From NCBI GenBank assembly GCA_963676835.2, contig CAXXFF010000001.1, positions 832,001-896,000 of the forward strand: a stretch of DNA of 64,000 nucleotides, given 5' to 3'. The stretch is from Marispirochaeta sp. GTDB taxonomy: Bacteria; Spirochaetota; Spirochaetia; JC444; Marispirochaetaceae. A program made the translations under genes and the position numbers. Shown here in pieces: positions 1 through 9,017 of this stretch (positions are counted from its first letter, which is position 1; each line of letters opens with the position of its first letter). Below the pieces are notes generated by a model, which was given only the letters and a program-made list of their open reading frames with translations, did not search any database and was not told the origin of the DNA.

Positions 1-1169
1 CCGGACTCAACCTCCCCCAAAAGATGGTCACTAAAACAGGACAGCGGATCCACTCTTAACCAGTCATTAGAATCACTGAAATACTCATACACCTCCAGAT
101 GTGCATGAAATGGCACATCATCTCCCAAAACTCCGACATACGCCAGGGGGGTACCAGCAGTAACCATCTGAGGGTGAGTAGGATCAGGATATTCTGAGAA
201 TGCAGAAAATTCCCCAAATACCGAATATTCACCATTGTAAGGAAGATTGGAAATATAACTGTTTCCCTTGTCTCCAAGGTGGGCAAAAAGATACACCCGT
301 CCATCTGTAGGACTATCGGGTCGAGTAATCAGCACCCCAATTAAGCCATAGTATTTTCCACTATAGCTTCCAATAGAGTTATCTGAGTCTAATTCTCCCT
401 GCATATCTCGAAGAAACAATTCAGAGGAAGTAGCCCATTCTTCTTCATCGTTTGATGGATTCCAGACATAAAATAGTCCATCCTCTGGTGCAAGAATCTT
501 AACTTCCCGATTTTCACCATTCGTAGGAGCAATGGATGTAGACCAGCGAGATAAATCAACACCGGTATGGTAACTGAGAGAGTGGTTTGCAGCATTATCA
601 GACCCTCTGTTTCTCCAGCCACTCAACTGCGTTACCAATGCAGGTATTTTCTGCAATGTATCCCCGGAGCCTGTACCGAGAAGAGCCTGATCAGCTCGAT
701 AGCTGAACGAAGTAGCCGGCAATTCGCGATGGTAGTACTGATTTTTTTCTATTTCTGAACTTACTATAACCTTCCCAGAAACCAAATTCTCTACAATCTT
801 CTTATTTTGATCAACTATAGTTACATCCGAGTTTTCATGCTCGACTTTTACAACACCCCGCGGCACCTCCGTCGCCGGCGGATAATAACTCCTCAATTTA
901 ACCTTATACTCATCCAGCAACTCCCACCCCGGCTTCTCCCCCGCCGCGCTCAGCTCCCCGGTCGCACTCTTCTTCAAGAGCCGCCGGGCATGGTATTTAC
1001 CCGGTTCCAGGCTGAAGCCGCCGAAGCCCCCTGCGGGGTTGCCCCAGGTTGCAAGGCTCACCTGACGCAGGCTGCGGTTTACGGATATCAGGTAGATGCT
1101 GTTCATGTAGTCCTGGGTGGTGGCGCTGCTGTCGAGACAATTATTTTTTAAAGGTTTTTCGCTTCTCAT
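1..1169 (-). CDS. M23 (LytM-like) metallopeptidase-domain protein; runs off the left edge, possibly 5'-truncated; absent from the ORF track
   Basis: Manual translation shows a stop-free minus frame from ATG 1169 to the edge. It contains VTQLSGWR..YHTGVDL (HxxxD, His at 567-569), YLFAHL and VTAGTPLAYVG..PFHAHLEVY..VDPL (HxH at 99-107). Confidence 0.8.
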   Translation of the reverse strand, partial: MRSEKPLKNNCLDSSATTQDYMNSIYLISVNRSLRQVSLATWGNPAGGFGGFSLEPGKYHARRLLKKSATGELSAAGEKPGWELLDEYKVKLRSYYPPATEVPRGVVKVEHENSDVTIVDQNKKIVENLVSGKVIVSSEIEKNQYYHRELPATSFSYRADQALLGTGSGDTLQKIPALVTQLSGWRNRGSDNAANHSLSYHTGVDLSRWSTSIAPTNGENREVKILAPEDGLFYVWNPSNDEEEWATSSELFLRDMQGELDSDNSIGSYSGKYYGLIGVLITRPDSPTDGRVYLFAHLGDKGNSYISNLPYNGEYSVFGEFSAFSEYPDPTHPQMVTAGTPLAYVGVLGDDVPFHAHLEVYEYFSDSNDWLRVDPLSCFSDHLLGEVES

Positions 1170-1221
1170 TTTTTCATTGCTTTTTTTAATTAGATATCTC
1201 AAGACAAAGTAAAAGTTTTTC

Positions 1222-1539
1222 TTATAAGAACAAGCTCAAGTAGGGAAACTGGCTCTCCTGATTATTATACCACCTGCTTTTTTCTGCAAAATTAACCACC
1301 TTTCCAGTGGCCAGATAATATAAATGCTCCGGTGCGATATCCAGTTCACCATCCCCCCAAACAAGAGTTCCAAACTCTACCCGGTAGGACAGGAAATACT
1401 CTTTATCTGCAAATCTTTCAAATACATTGTTCTGGTTTAAATACGAAGACAAATCTACAAAACCGGAATTACCATCATTGAAAGAAAGCTTCAGCCTGTA
1501 ATTATCTATATACTCTGCAGTCTTGATCTCAAAATACAT
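1222..1539 (-). CDS. DUF2442-family protein, putative antitoxin (DhiA-like)
   Basis: YRLKLSFNDG..VDL..F..VEFGTLVW..LDIAPEHLY pattern; GGAG RBS; directly downstream of a DUF4160 remnant. Confidence 0.8.
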   Translation of the reverse strand: MYFEIKTAEYIDNYRLKLSFNDGNSGFVDLSSYLNQNNVFERFADKEYFLSYRVEFGTLVWGDGELDIAPEHLYYLATGKVVNFAEKSRWYNNQESQFPYLSLFL

Positions 1540-1548
1540 CTCTGTCTC

Positions 1549-1808
1549 CTATTGAAGCGGCTCTATTTTAAAAAGCTCTTGTTTCTACTCGACCCGGTTC
1601 CATTCCTCCAGAAGTTCATCTTTATGGATTACAGCCCATTCAACTACAAGAGCAAGCGCTTTGGGAGAAAGGGAACACTGAAGGACACGAAGATCATTAA
1701 TAGCGATAAGCGCTGATGCTCATTGTAATAAGCATGAAAACGCGGAGGATTATGTTCATCATAAAACATTCGTATAAATATTCCGTAGAAAACATTTATC
1801 GTCGGCAT
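1549..1808 (-). pseudogene. DUF4160-family toxin (DhiT-like) pseudogene
   Basis: MPTINVFYGIFIRMFYDEHNPPRFHAYYNEH, then a 1-nt frameshift near 1716, continuing SALIAINDLRVLQCSLSPKALALVVEWAVIHKDELLEEWNRVE*KQELFKIEPLQ. The premature TAG is at 1585-1587. Confidence 0.85.
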
Positions 1809-1867
1809 AATATGAATATATCATCTGAGACAGAATATGTCTCTTTATGTTTTCCTTCCATTTGCTG

Positions 1868-1944
1868 CTTTCGACTGCGGCTTCCTTCGACACCGCTCAG
1901 GCACCATTGGTGCGACGCGGGGTGCGGGTCCTTCGACTACGCTC
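1868..1944. repeat. Three degenerate CTTCGAC-N4-GCTC REP-like units plus a small hairpin
   Basis: CTTTCGACTGCGGCT (1868), CCTTCGACACCGCTCAGG (1884), CCTTCGACTACGCTC (1930); GCACCATTGGTGC hairpin at 1901-1913. Confidence 0.5.
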
Positions 1945-1961
1945 TAACACATAAAAACTCT

Positions 1962-2651
1962 TCACCCCGAAACTCCAAGCAGGACTGGCAAAATATCCTG
2001 CGCCGGGCCCGTATAGGATTCATCAAAATACTGTTCATAATCATTATGATCCATGTTTATCATGATTCTGTAGGAATTCTCAAACTGTGCGGCCCGGAGG
2101 AATGTGGAAAGGGATGTAACTTTGCCGGAGGTTCCTATCACAAGAAACAGATCACAGCCCCGCATTGCACGCTTTGCCCGATACTCGCTGTCAAAATGGG
2201 GAGATTCATTGAACAGGGTAACCCCCGGCCGCAGGCCGCTGCCGCATTCGGGACATATTATTCCGGGATAATCTGCCTGACTAAAGGTACATTCTGTGCA
2301 AAGAACACTGTGGATATTGTCATGATACTCTATTACATTAGCGGAGCCCGCCTTCTGATGAAAGCCGTCAATATTCTGGGTAATTATGGTACCCCCCACT
2401 CTACTCAACAGATCATGAATGGAATTCGGCTTTGCTGCTTCAATTACAGTTTTTAACTTATTGATAATTTCCCAGGACTCTTCAGGGTACTTATTAAAGC
2501 TGTCTGCACTCATGTATTTCTGGACATCAACAGTATTCCAGTATCCGTCATCGCCGCGAAAGGTCGGAACACCGGAAGGAGCAGAAACACCTGCGCCGGT
2601 AAAAACCACAATATTGTTATATCTGTTTAAATCAAGCTTTTTAACCTGCAC
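1962..2651 (-). CDS. cobB: Sir2/CobB family NAD-dependent protein deacylase
   Basis: TGAGVSAPSGVPTFRG, ITQNIDGFH, catalytic His (EYHD), CTEC/CPEC zinc site, LRPGV, IGTSG. Confidence 0.88.
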   Translation of the reverse strand: MQVKKLDLNRYNNIVVFTGAGVSAPSGVPTFRGDDGYWNTVDVQKYMSADSFNKYPEESWEIINKLKTVIEAAKPNSIHDLLSRVGGTIITQNIDGFHQKAGSANVIEYHDNIHSVLCTECTFSQADYPGIICPECGSGLRPGVTLFNESPHFDSEYRAKRAMRGCDLFLVIGTSGKVTSLSTFLRAAQFENSYRIMINMDHNDYEQYFDESYTGPAQDILPVLLGVSG

Positions 2652-2790
2652 GGCAACTCCAGACTGTTTTTACATAGAGGTTTTTTACCTTTCTATTATC
2701 GCAGAATACCCTGTTATCTTTTTTCTGTCATTTCTTTTCTTTTTTCAAAGAAACTGTGAAGCATTGTTAAGATTCTGCAGTTTCAATTAG

Positions 2791-5031
2791 ATGATGAAAC
2801 TATATGCGTATCGCAACTATATTTGTGCTCTTTCCATAATTCTCCCGGTGTGGCTTTCTGCCGCACCGTCCCTGGACCGTCTGACCTTCCGCAACCAGCC
2901 GGTCACCGACATTCTCATGGCCCTGGCAGACATAGGCAATATCTCCATAATCCCCGACGAAACCGTCGAAGGCAGCGCAACCTACCAGTTCAACACCCTG
3001 GATTTTACCACCGCACTGCAGGTATTCCTCACCACCTACAAACTCTACAGCGAAGAACGGAACGGTGTGCTTTATGTGTCACGTATTCACTCTGCATATG
3101 ACAGCGCTGCAGGACAGGTTTCCTTGCATGGGGAGGATGTGGAACTGCGCCTTCTGGTGCGTGCCCTCTCCCGGGCAATGGGCAAAACCATCCTCTTCGA
3201 TGCCCTGCCCAATGAACGAATCAGTGTGCATATCGATTCCCTTCCGCCGGAAAAGGCTCTGGAAGTGCTAACCGCCCGGCTTTCGAACCACCAGTTGGAA
3301 GCAAAGGATGACTTTTTCTACATCCGCCGGCAGGAGAGCCAGACGGGAAGCACTCCCAGAAGAGGCAGCCTGGTGCAGCAGAACGCTGACGGCAGCTATA
3401 CAGTGGATCTTGAGCGGGTCCGCTTCCGGGACATTCTTGCGGAGTTGTTTACCGCTCAGAACAAAGAGTACAGCCTGCTCATGCGGGGGGATTCGGTGCT
3501 GGAGGAGCTGCGCTTTGCGGACAAATCCTTTGACGAATTGCTTGGCCTTGTTCTGGAGCAGGCAAACGGCGACTATCAGATTGCGGGAAACATCTACTAT
3601 ATATTTGAAATCCAGCGGAGGGATGTGCTTAAACGACTGAAGGCTACCGTCACCATCCCCCTAAACCATATTCCTGCCCAGTCTGTTGCCGGGCTTCTGC
3701 CCTCCGATTTGAGCAGTGCCAACCTGATGAAGGTGGATGCCGAATCCAACACCATTATTTTACGGGGAAGTCCTGCGGAGACAGGTCCGTTGGAAGAGTT
3801 TATCCGCTCCCTGGACAAGCCCCTTGAAAACCTTGCCTACCGGCGCTACGACCTGGGCTATGTGGATGTTACCAGCGCCCTGAATCTGCTGCCTGCCCGG
3901 TTCAGCTCTCTGGGGCCCAAGGTTATCAACGATACCAACTCCTTTGTTGTTGCCGTAAGTCCGAATCAGGAAAAGGAGCTGACTGTTTTTCTCTCCACCC
4001 TGGATGTCCCCGCAGGGCAGTATCCGGTACACCTGAAGTTTATTACCTCCGAAACCCTGCTGAAATCCCTGCCCCCGGCGGCAGCAAAGGAGGAGATTGT
4101 CTCCACCGTGGACCCCACCCTGATCTTCTACACCGGCCCGGAAAACCGCAGGGAGCAGTTTTTAGAACAGCTTGCCCTTATAGACCAGCCGGTGCCCCAG
4201 ATTCGCTACGACCTTCTGGTAATTCAGTATCAGAACGGCGAGAGCCTCAACTGGAGTTCCAACTACGAAAACAAGGTATCAGAGGAGGGCCAGGAGACTA
4301 CTTTCCTGGGCTCCATCGGCTCCCTTTTAAGCCTTAATTTCGACATTGTCTCCAACTTCGGCTACCTCTTTGCGGTGGATCTTAGCCTGGACTTGAGTGA
4401 AACAAAGGCCACTATCATGGCGGACACCACCCTCAACGGACTTTCCGGGGAGGACCTCAAGTTTCAGAACACCAACACCTACCGCTACCGGGACTACGAA
4501 ATAGATGCGGATACCGGGGAAATACAGTCCACCGGGGTTACCCGGGAACTCACCTCGGGGCTCATAATAACCCTCAACGGCTGGGTCTCCGGGGACGGCA
4601 TGATTACCATGGACATTGCCGCCACCGTAAGCCGCCAGGGCTCCGAGTCATCCACCACCAATCCGCCTACCACCACGGAAAAGGTGGTCTCCACCCATGT
4701 GCGAACTCCTTCGGGAAAGCCGGTGGTCATCGGCGGGCTTATTCAGCAGGATGAGGATGTTTCCATAAGCAAAACTCCCTTTTTAGGCGACATTCCCCTT
4801 ATAGGGCGACTGTTTCAGAGCCGCACCGAAAGCACCGACACCACCGAGATGGTTATCTATGTGGTACCCCACGTAGAGCATCCGGAAAAAGAGAAGGTGA
4901 GCTCCATGGAGGAGGCCCGCCGCCTCTATGCCAAATATCTGCTTCCCGAAGAAGAGCAGAACAGAGACCAGAACAGAGAAAAGAATACAGAGACAGAAGA
5001 TAGAGCAGCAATAAAAGAGGCAGCGGAATGA
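2791..5031 (+). CDS. gspD: Type II secretion secretin
   Basis: Signal peptide, repeated N-domains, C-terminal secretin signature VIGGLI..PFLGDIPLIGRLF..EMVIYVVPHV. Confidence 0.92.
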   Translation: MMKLYAYRNYICALSIILPVWLSAAPSLDRLTFRNQPVTDILMALADIGNISIIPDETVEGSATYQFNTLDFTTALQVFLTTYKLYSEERNGVLYVSRIHSAYDSAAGQVSLHGEDVELRLLVRALSRAMGKTILFDALPNERISVHIDSLPPEKALEVLTARLSNHQLEAKDDFFYIRRQESQTGSTPRRGSLVQQNADGSYTVDLERVRFRDILAELFTAQNKEYSLLMRGDSVLEELRFADKSFDELLGLVLEQANGDYQIAGNIYYIFEIQRRDVLKRLKATVTIPLNHIPAQSVAGLLPSDLSSANLMKVDAESNTIILRGSPAETGPLEEFIRSLDKPLENLAYRRYDLGYVDVTSALNLLPARFSSLGPKVINDTNSFVVAVSPNQEKELTVFLSTLDVPAGQYPVHLKFITSETLLKSLPPAAAKEEIVSTVDPTLIFYTGPENRREQFLEQLALIDQPVPQIRYDLLVIQYQNGESLNWSSNYENKVSEEGQETTFLGSIGSLLSLNFDIVSNFGYLFAVDLSLDLSETKATIMADTTLNGLSGEDLKFQNTNTYRYRDYEIDADTGEIQSTGVTRELTSGLIITLNGWVSGDGMITMDIAATVSRQGSESSTTNPPTTTEKVVSTHVRTPSGKPVVIGGLIQQDEDVSISKTPFLGDIPLIGRLFQSRTESTDTTEMVIYVVPHVEHPEKEKVSSMEEARRLYAKYLLPEEEQNRDQNREKNTETEDRAAIKEAAE

Positions 5032-6422
5032 GAACTGCCGACTTACAGAGTTTCGCCCCCCTTCCCGAAGGGCCGGATCAGTATTCCACCTCTTTTATTC
5101 AGGCCAACAAGGTCCTCAAGCTGAAAGAGACAGCAGAACAGGTAACTGCCGGAGCCGTTGAACCTGCGGAAACTCTGACGAAGCTGCTGGAAGATTTTCA
5201 TGGAAAAAGAGTAGAGATTCTGCTCCTGGACTCCGCGGAGTTTTCCGCCTTCCTGGGACGACGCCTGGGAGGAGACTCTTCTGGCAGTGGCCCCACCGAT
5301 GCCTCCGGCCTGGATCTTGAAGCCCTTGCCTCGGATGCGCCGGTAATTAATCTGGTAAACAGTATCTGCATCGACGCCATTCGGGCGGGTGCTTCGGATA
5401 TTCACCTGGAGGCCTTTGCGGAGGAGACGGCAGTCCGCTTCCGCATCGACGGGGTGCTGCAGACCTCCCGGACTCTACCAGCAGAGCGTTTTCCCGCCCT
5501 GGCCTCCCGTATAAAGGTAATGGCCGGGCTGAACCTTATGGAACGGCGGCGCCCCCAGGACGGCCGCATAAGCGTAAACCTGGCCGGCCGCAGCATGGAT
5601 ATGCGGGTCTCCTGCGTGCCCACCTCTGCGGCACCGGGAGCAGAATCAATCGTTCTAAGACTCTTCAATAACGAAAACAGCACTTTTACCCTGGAGGACC
5701 TGGGCCTGCCGGAAGACTGCAGCACCGGCATAGAGGAGCTGCTTGCCTCCCCCCACGGTATGATTCTGGTTACCGGGCCAACGGGTTCGGGCAAAACAAC
5801 CACCCTCAATGCCATGGTGCGCCGCCTGGACCGCAGCCGGGACAAGATTATTACCCTGGAAGATCCGGTGGAGTACCGCATAAAGGGTATAACCCAGATA
5901 CAGACGGACGAAAAAATCGGCCTCAGCTTCAGCAGCCTCCTGCGCCGGATTCTGCGTCAGGACCCCAATGTGATTTTAGTAGGAGAAATACGGGACGCGG
6001 AAACCGCGGAACTGGCGGTGCGGGCGGCCCTGACGGGCCACCTGGTTCTCTCCAGTCTGCACACCAACGATGCAGTCTCTGCGGTAAGCCGCCTGGAAGA
6101 CCTGGGTGTTGAACCCTTTCTTATTGCCGCGGTACTTCGGGGGGTTATCGCGCAGCGCCTGACCCGCAGGCTGTGTTCCGCCTGCGCAGGAGAAGGCTGC
6201 GGGGAGTGCGGAAACATGGGCTATAAGGGCCGAATGGCTGCGGTGGAGTTTTTCTCCCTCGATGAGGAGCTTGCAAAAATGGTCAGCACCGGTGCCGATG
6301 AGACAGAACTTAAGGATTACCTAGCAGACCGGGGAATGATCAGCCTCAAGGAGCGGGGGCTGGATATTGCGGCTTCCGGGCTCTCGAGCTTTCAGGAGCT
6401 CAAACGGGCGGGAGTGCTCTGA
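5028..6422 (+). CDS. gspE: GspE/PulE secretion ATPase
   Basis: ASDIHLE, RRPQDGR, GPTGSGKTTT, TLEDPVE, LRQDPNVILVGEIRD, TGHLVLSSLHTN, CxxC..CxxC. Confidence 0.95.
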   Translation: MRTADLQSFAPLPEGPDQYSTSFIQANKVLKLKETAEQVTAGAVEPAETLTKLLEDFHGKRVEILLLDSAEFSAFLGRRLGGDSSGSGPTDASGLDLEALASDAPVINLVNSICIDAIRAGASDIHLEAFAEETAVRFRIDGVLQTSRTLPAERFPALASRIKVMAGLNLMERRRPQDGRISVNLAGRSMDMRVSCVPTSAAPGAESIVLRLFNNENSTFTLEDLGLPEDCSTGIEELLASPHGMILVTGPTGSGKTTTLNAMVRRLDRSRDKIITLEDPVEYRIKGITQIQTDEKIGLSFSSLLRRILRQDPNVILVGEIRDAETAELAVRAALTGHLVLSSLHTNDAVSAVSRLEDLGVEPFLIAAVLRGVIAQRLTRRLCSACAGEGCGECGNMGYKGRMAAVEFFSLDEELAKMVSTGADETELKDYLADRGMISLKERGLDIAASGLSSFQELKRAGVL

Positions 6423-6424
6423 TA

Positions 6425-7642
6425 ATGCCAGTCTACCAGACCCGCTCTGCCGACCCGCTGGGAAAGCGACTTACCCGCACCATAGCCGCGGAATCCCGAA
6501 CCGCAGCGGCAGCCCTTGCAACTGAGGACGGCTCTATGCTGATCTCTTTGAAAGAGATCGTCTCCGCAAGGGGCAAAAAGCCTTCAGCCGCCTTTGTGCT
6601 TGAACTTACCCAGACCCTGGCGCTGCTGTCACAGTCCGGGCTTGATATACGGGAAAGCCTGGAGATTGCGGGTACTCTTTTTCCAGAAGGACGCTCCGGA
6701 GGGAAAAGGAAAAGAGAAGGGAAAAAGCGAAACGGACGAACCGTTGCAGCCCTCGCATCCGCACTGGACCGGGGAGACTCATTCTCTACTGCGGCAGAAG
6801 CGGAAAACTTTCCCCCAATCTACTCGGGACTGATAAAAATCGGCGAACGCACAGGTTCTATGTCGGTAATTTTGCCCGCCATGGCCTCCTATCTGAAAAG
6901 CCGCAAAGAGATGAAGGATAAACTGCTCAATGCCATGCTCTACCCCTCTCTGGTATTAAGTGCGGTACTTATCGGTATTCTTGTTCTGATGATTGTTGTG
7001 GTGCCGAAGATGGGAGAGATTCTATCAGGCTTCGGCAGTTCACCTGAAATGACAGGGGCTATGGAACTGCGCATGCACGCGAGCATGCTCATCGGCGGCA
7101 TTGCCGCAGGCGGTCTCATTCTCTCCATGATACTGTTTATACTGCTTCGCCGTACATCACGGCAGTTCAGACTGAAAAGCGACGGAATACTGGTAACCCT
7201 GCCCCTCCTTGGACCGCTTATCACCCTGCAGGAGACGGTTAATATTGTCTTTGCTCTGGAAGTACTCACCGGTGCGGGGATCAGCCTGGAGGATGCCCTG
7301 GAACAGGCGTCACCGGTTACCAGGAACCTGTCACTCTCAAATGGACTGCTTGAGGCCCGGGAGAAAATCATCCAGGGGCACCGGCCTTCCGAAGCCTTCC
7401 GTGCCGCCGGGGTATTTCCCCTGCGGCTGGTACGCTGGCTGGCCCTGGGAGAGCGGACAGGCCGGGTGGAAGAGGTATTTTCCGGCCTGAAAACCTGGTA
7501 CCAGGGAGAGTTCGAAACCCTGCTTGTCCGCATTACCGGCCTTGCGGAACCTGCAATGATCATAATCACCGGCCTGCTGCTTTTGGCGGGCATAATCATC
7601 TTTGTCCTGCCCCTGCTTTCGGGGTTCGGAAATCTTTTTTGA
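6425..7642 (+). CDS. gspF: GspF inner-membrane platform protein
   Basis: Two GERTG motifs, AMLYP, LAEP, three TM segments; follows gspE. Confidence 0.92.
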   Translation: MPVYQTRSADPLGKRLTRTIAAESRTAAAALATEDGSMLISLKEIVSARGKKPSAAFVLELTQTLALLSQSGLDIRESLEIAGTLFPEGRSGGKRKREGKKRNGRTVAALASALDRGDSFSTAAEAENFPPIYSGLIKIGERTGSMSVILPAMASYLKSRKEMKDKLLNAMLYPSLVLSAVLIGILVLMIVVVPKMGEILSGFGSSPEMTGAMELRMHASMLIGGIAAGGLILSMILFILLRRTSRQFRLKSDGILVTLPLLGPLITLQETVNIVFALEVLTGAGISLEDALEQASPVTRNLSLSNGLLEAREKIIQGHRPSEAFRAAGVFPLRLVRWLALGERTGRVEEVFSGLKTWYQGEFETLLVRITGLAEPAMIIITGLLLLAGIIIFVLPLLSGFGNLF

Positions 7643-7650
7643 GGAACAGA

Positions 7651-8157
7651 ATGAAAAACCTGAAGAATCTGCATAATCTGTATAAAGAGAAGAACATGTC
7701 TGCAAAGGCAGTCAAAGTTGTAAAAGAACCGAAAAAAGGCGAAGAGGGCTGGACCTTTATAGAGACCATTATAGTCCTTGCCATAGTACTGACCCTCTCC
7801 ACCACCGTGGGATTTATGGGGTACCGCTACATCGGCAAGGCAAAAACCGCGGCAGCCCGCAACCAGATAGAAGCGGTCAATCTGGCCCTGAACGCCTATC
7901 TCTTTGACTGCGGCAGATATCCCACCGCCGACCAGGGGCTTGAGGCATTGTACGCAAAACCCTCATCGTCCCCTATCCCCGACGGCTGGGCCGGCCCCTA
8001 CATGGAAAAGAAGGTGGTTAATGATCCCTGGGGCTCTCCCTATATCTATATCGTTCCGGGCCCCGACGGCCTGCCCTACGGTATCAGCAGCTATGGTTCC
8101 GACGGCGCAGAGGGAGGAGACGGCGAAGACCGGGACATTAGCAGCTGGAGCAATTGA
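7651..8157 (+). CDS. gspG: Major pseudopilin GspG
   Basis: G/WTFIE prepilin site, ALNAY..D.GRYPT..QGL.AL, W.GPY, DPWG.PY.Y, SYG.DG..GG.GED.DI.SW. Start set at the ATG after the GAGG RBS. Confidence 0.93.
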   Translation: MKNLKNLHNLYKEKNMSAKAVKVVKEPKKGEEGWTFIETIIVLAIVLTLSTTVGFMGYRYIGKAKTAAARNQIEAVNLALNAYLFDCGRYPTADQGLEALYAKPSSSPIPDGWAGPYMEKKVVNDPWGSPYIYIVPGPDGLPYGISSYGSDGAEGGDGEDRDISSWSN

Positions 8158-8351
8158 TGCGCGGTGATGACGGCTATGCGCTTTTGGAAGTACTGATCGC
8201 GCTGCTCATGCTCACCCTGATTGCAGGATCCGCCGGAGGCCTTCTCAGCCGGAGCATGAAGGAGACCGCCGCAGGACCGGAACTCCTCAGAGGAGAAATT
8301 GAAACCCGCAATGAGATTTCCCGGGGAAGCTCCGGCAACCAGGACCTGTGA
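8154..8351 (+). CDS. Short minor pseudopilin (GspI-like)
   Basis: G/YALLEVLIALLML prepilin motif with Glu+5; overlaps the gspG stop. Confidence 0.75.
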   Translation: MMRGDDGYALLEVLIALLMLTLIAGSAGGLLSRSMKETAAGPELLRGEIETRNEISRGSSGNQDL

Positions 8352-8405
8352 GAATGATAAATGAGCAGGAAAGAAAAAATAAAAGTAAAAAACCGGAATG
8401 AGTGA

Positions 8406-9017
8406 GTGAAAACAAGGAAGATGATCGGATTTCAAATCATACAAAGTTTAAGAGCATTACTCAGATCTAAAACAACCAGGACCAATAAGGCAAAAGTAGA
8501 AAGCGAGGCAGGCTTCAGCTATATGGAAACCCTCATTGCCCTGCTGATACTCACCGTTCTTGCCTCCGGGTCCGCCTTCTTTGCGGCCGCCCTGTTCAGA
8601 GCCCCGGGAAGAATCCTCGAATCATCCCGGGAATCAGCAGCCCTTGCCCTTCTCGATACAGAGTTCCGCAGGGCATGCGGCGGAGTGGCCCTGCCCTGGT
8701 GGCAGACTGAAGTTACCGCCGAAATCCTGACCATCGCTCCCGAAGAGGTAAAGGTCCGGGCTCTCTCACCGGCAGAGAATGATGAAATCCAGCTGCAGAT
8801 GACCCTTTCCCGGACAGACAGGAGCAGGCAGCTTATTATTCAAACCGCCGGAGAAGAACGAACTTACCCCATTCCGGAAGCCTTTGTTCCCAGGTTTGCC
8901 CCCGGCGAATCCGGTACAGCTGAAGGAGTGGTATTGCTTCTGGAATCCCCGGATGAAAATGTCTCCATTACCGGCCGCTGGAGAAGCAGATCTATCTTCG
9001 GAGGCCATGATGGCTGA
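8406..9017 (+). CDS. Minor pseudopilin (GspJ-like)
   Basis: G/FSYMETLIALLIL prepilin motif; operon position. Start uncertain. Confidence 0.75.
   Translation: MKTRKMIGFQIIQSLRALLRSKTTRTNKAKVESEAGFSYMETLIALLILTVLASGSAFFAAALFRAPGRILESSRESAALALLDTEFRRACGGVALPWWQTEVTAEILTIAPEEVKVRALSPAENDEIQLQMTLSRTDRSRQLIIQTAGEERTYPIPEAFVPRFAPGESGTAEGVVLLLESPDENVSITGRWRSRSIFGGHDG

Noticed and set aside
56..1151. Short listed ORFs 56-304, 389-622, 567-758 and 807-1151
   Set aside because: They are alternative-frame or antisense shadows of the longer M23 ORF.
1962..2651. Sir2 as an anti-phage (Thoeris/DSR-type) effector
   Set aside because: It is a short classical zinc-binding CobB-type deacylase with no defence partner.
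1716..2790. Plus-strand ORFs 1716-2456 and 2419-2790
   Set aside because: They are antisense to cobB and the DUF4160 remnant, with no motifs.
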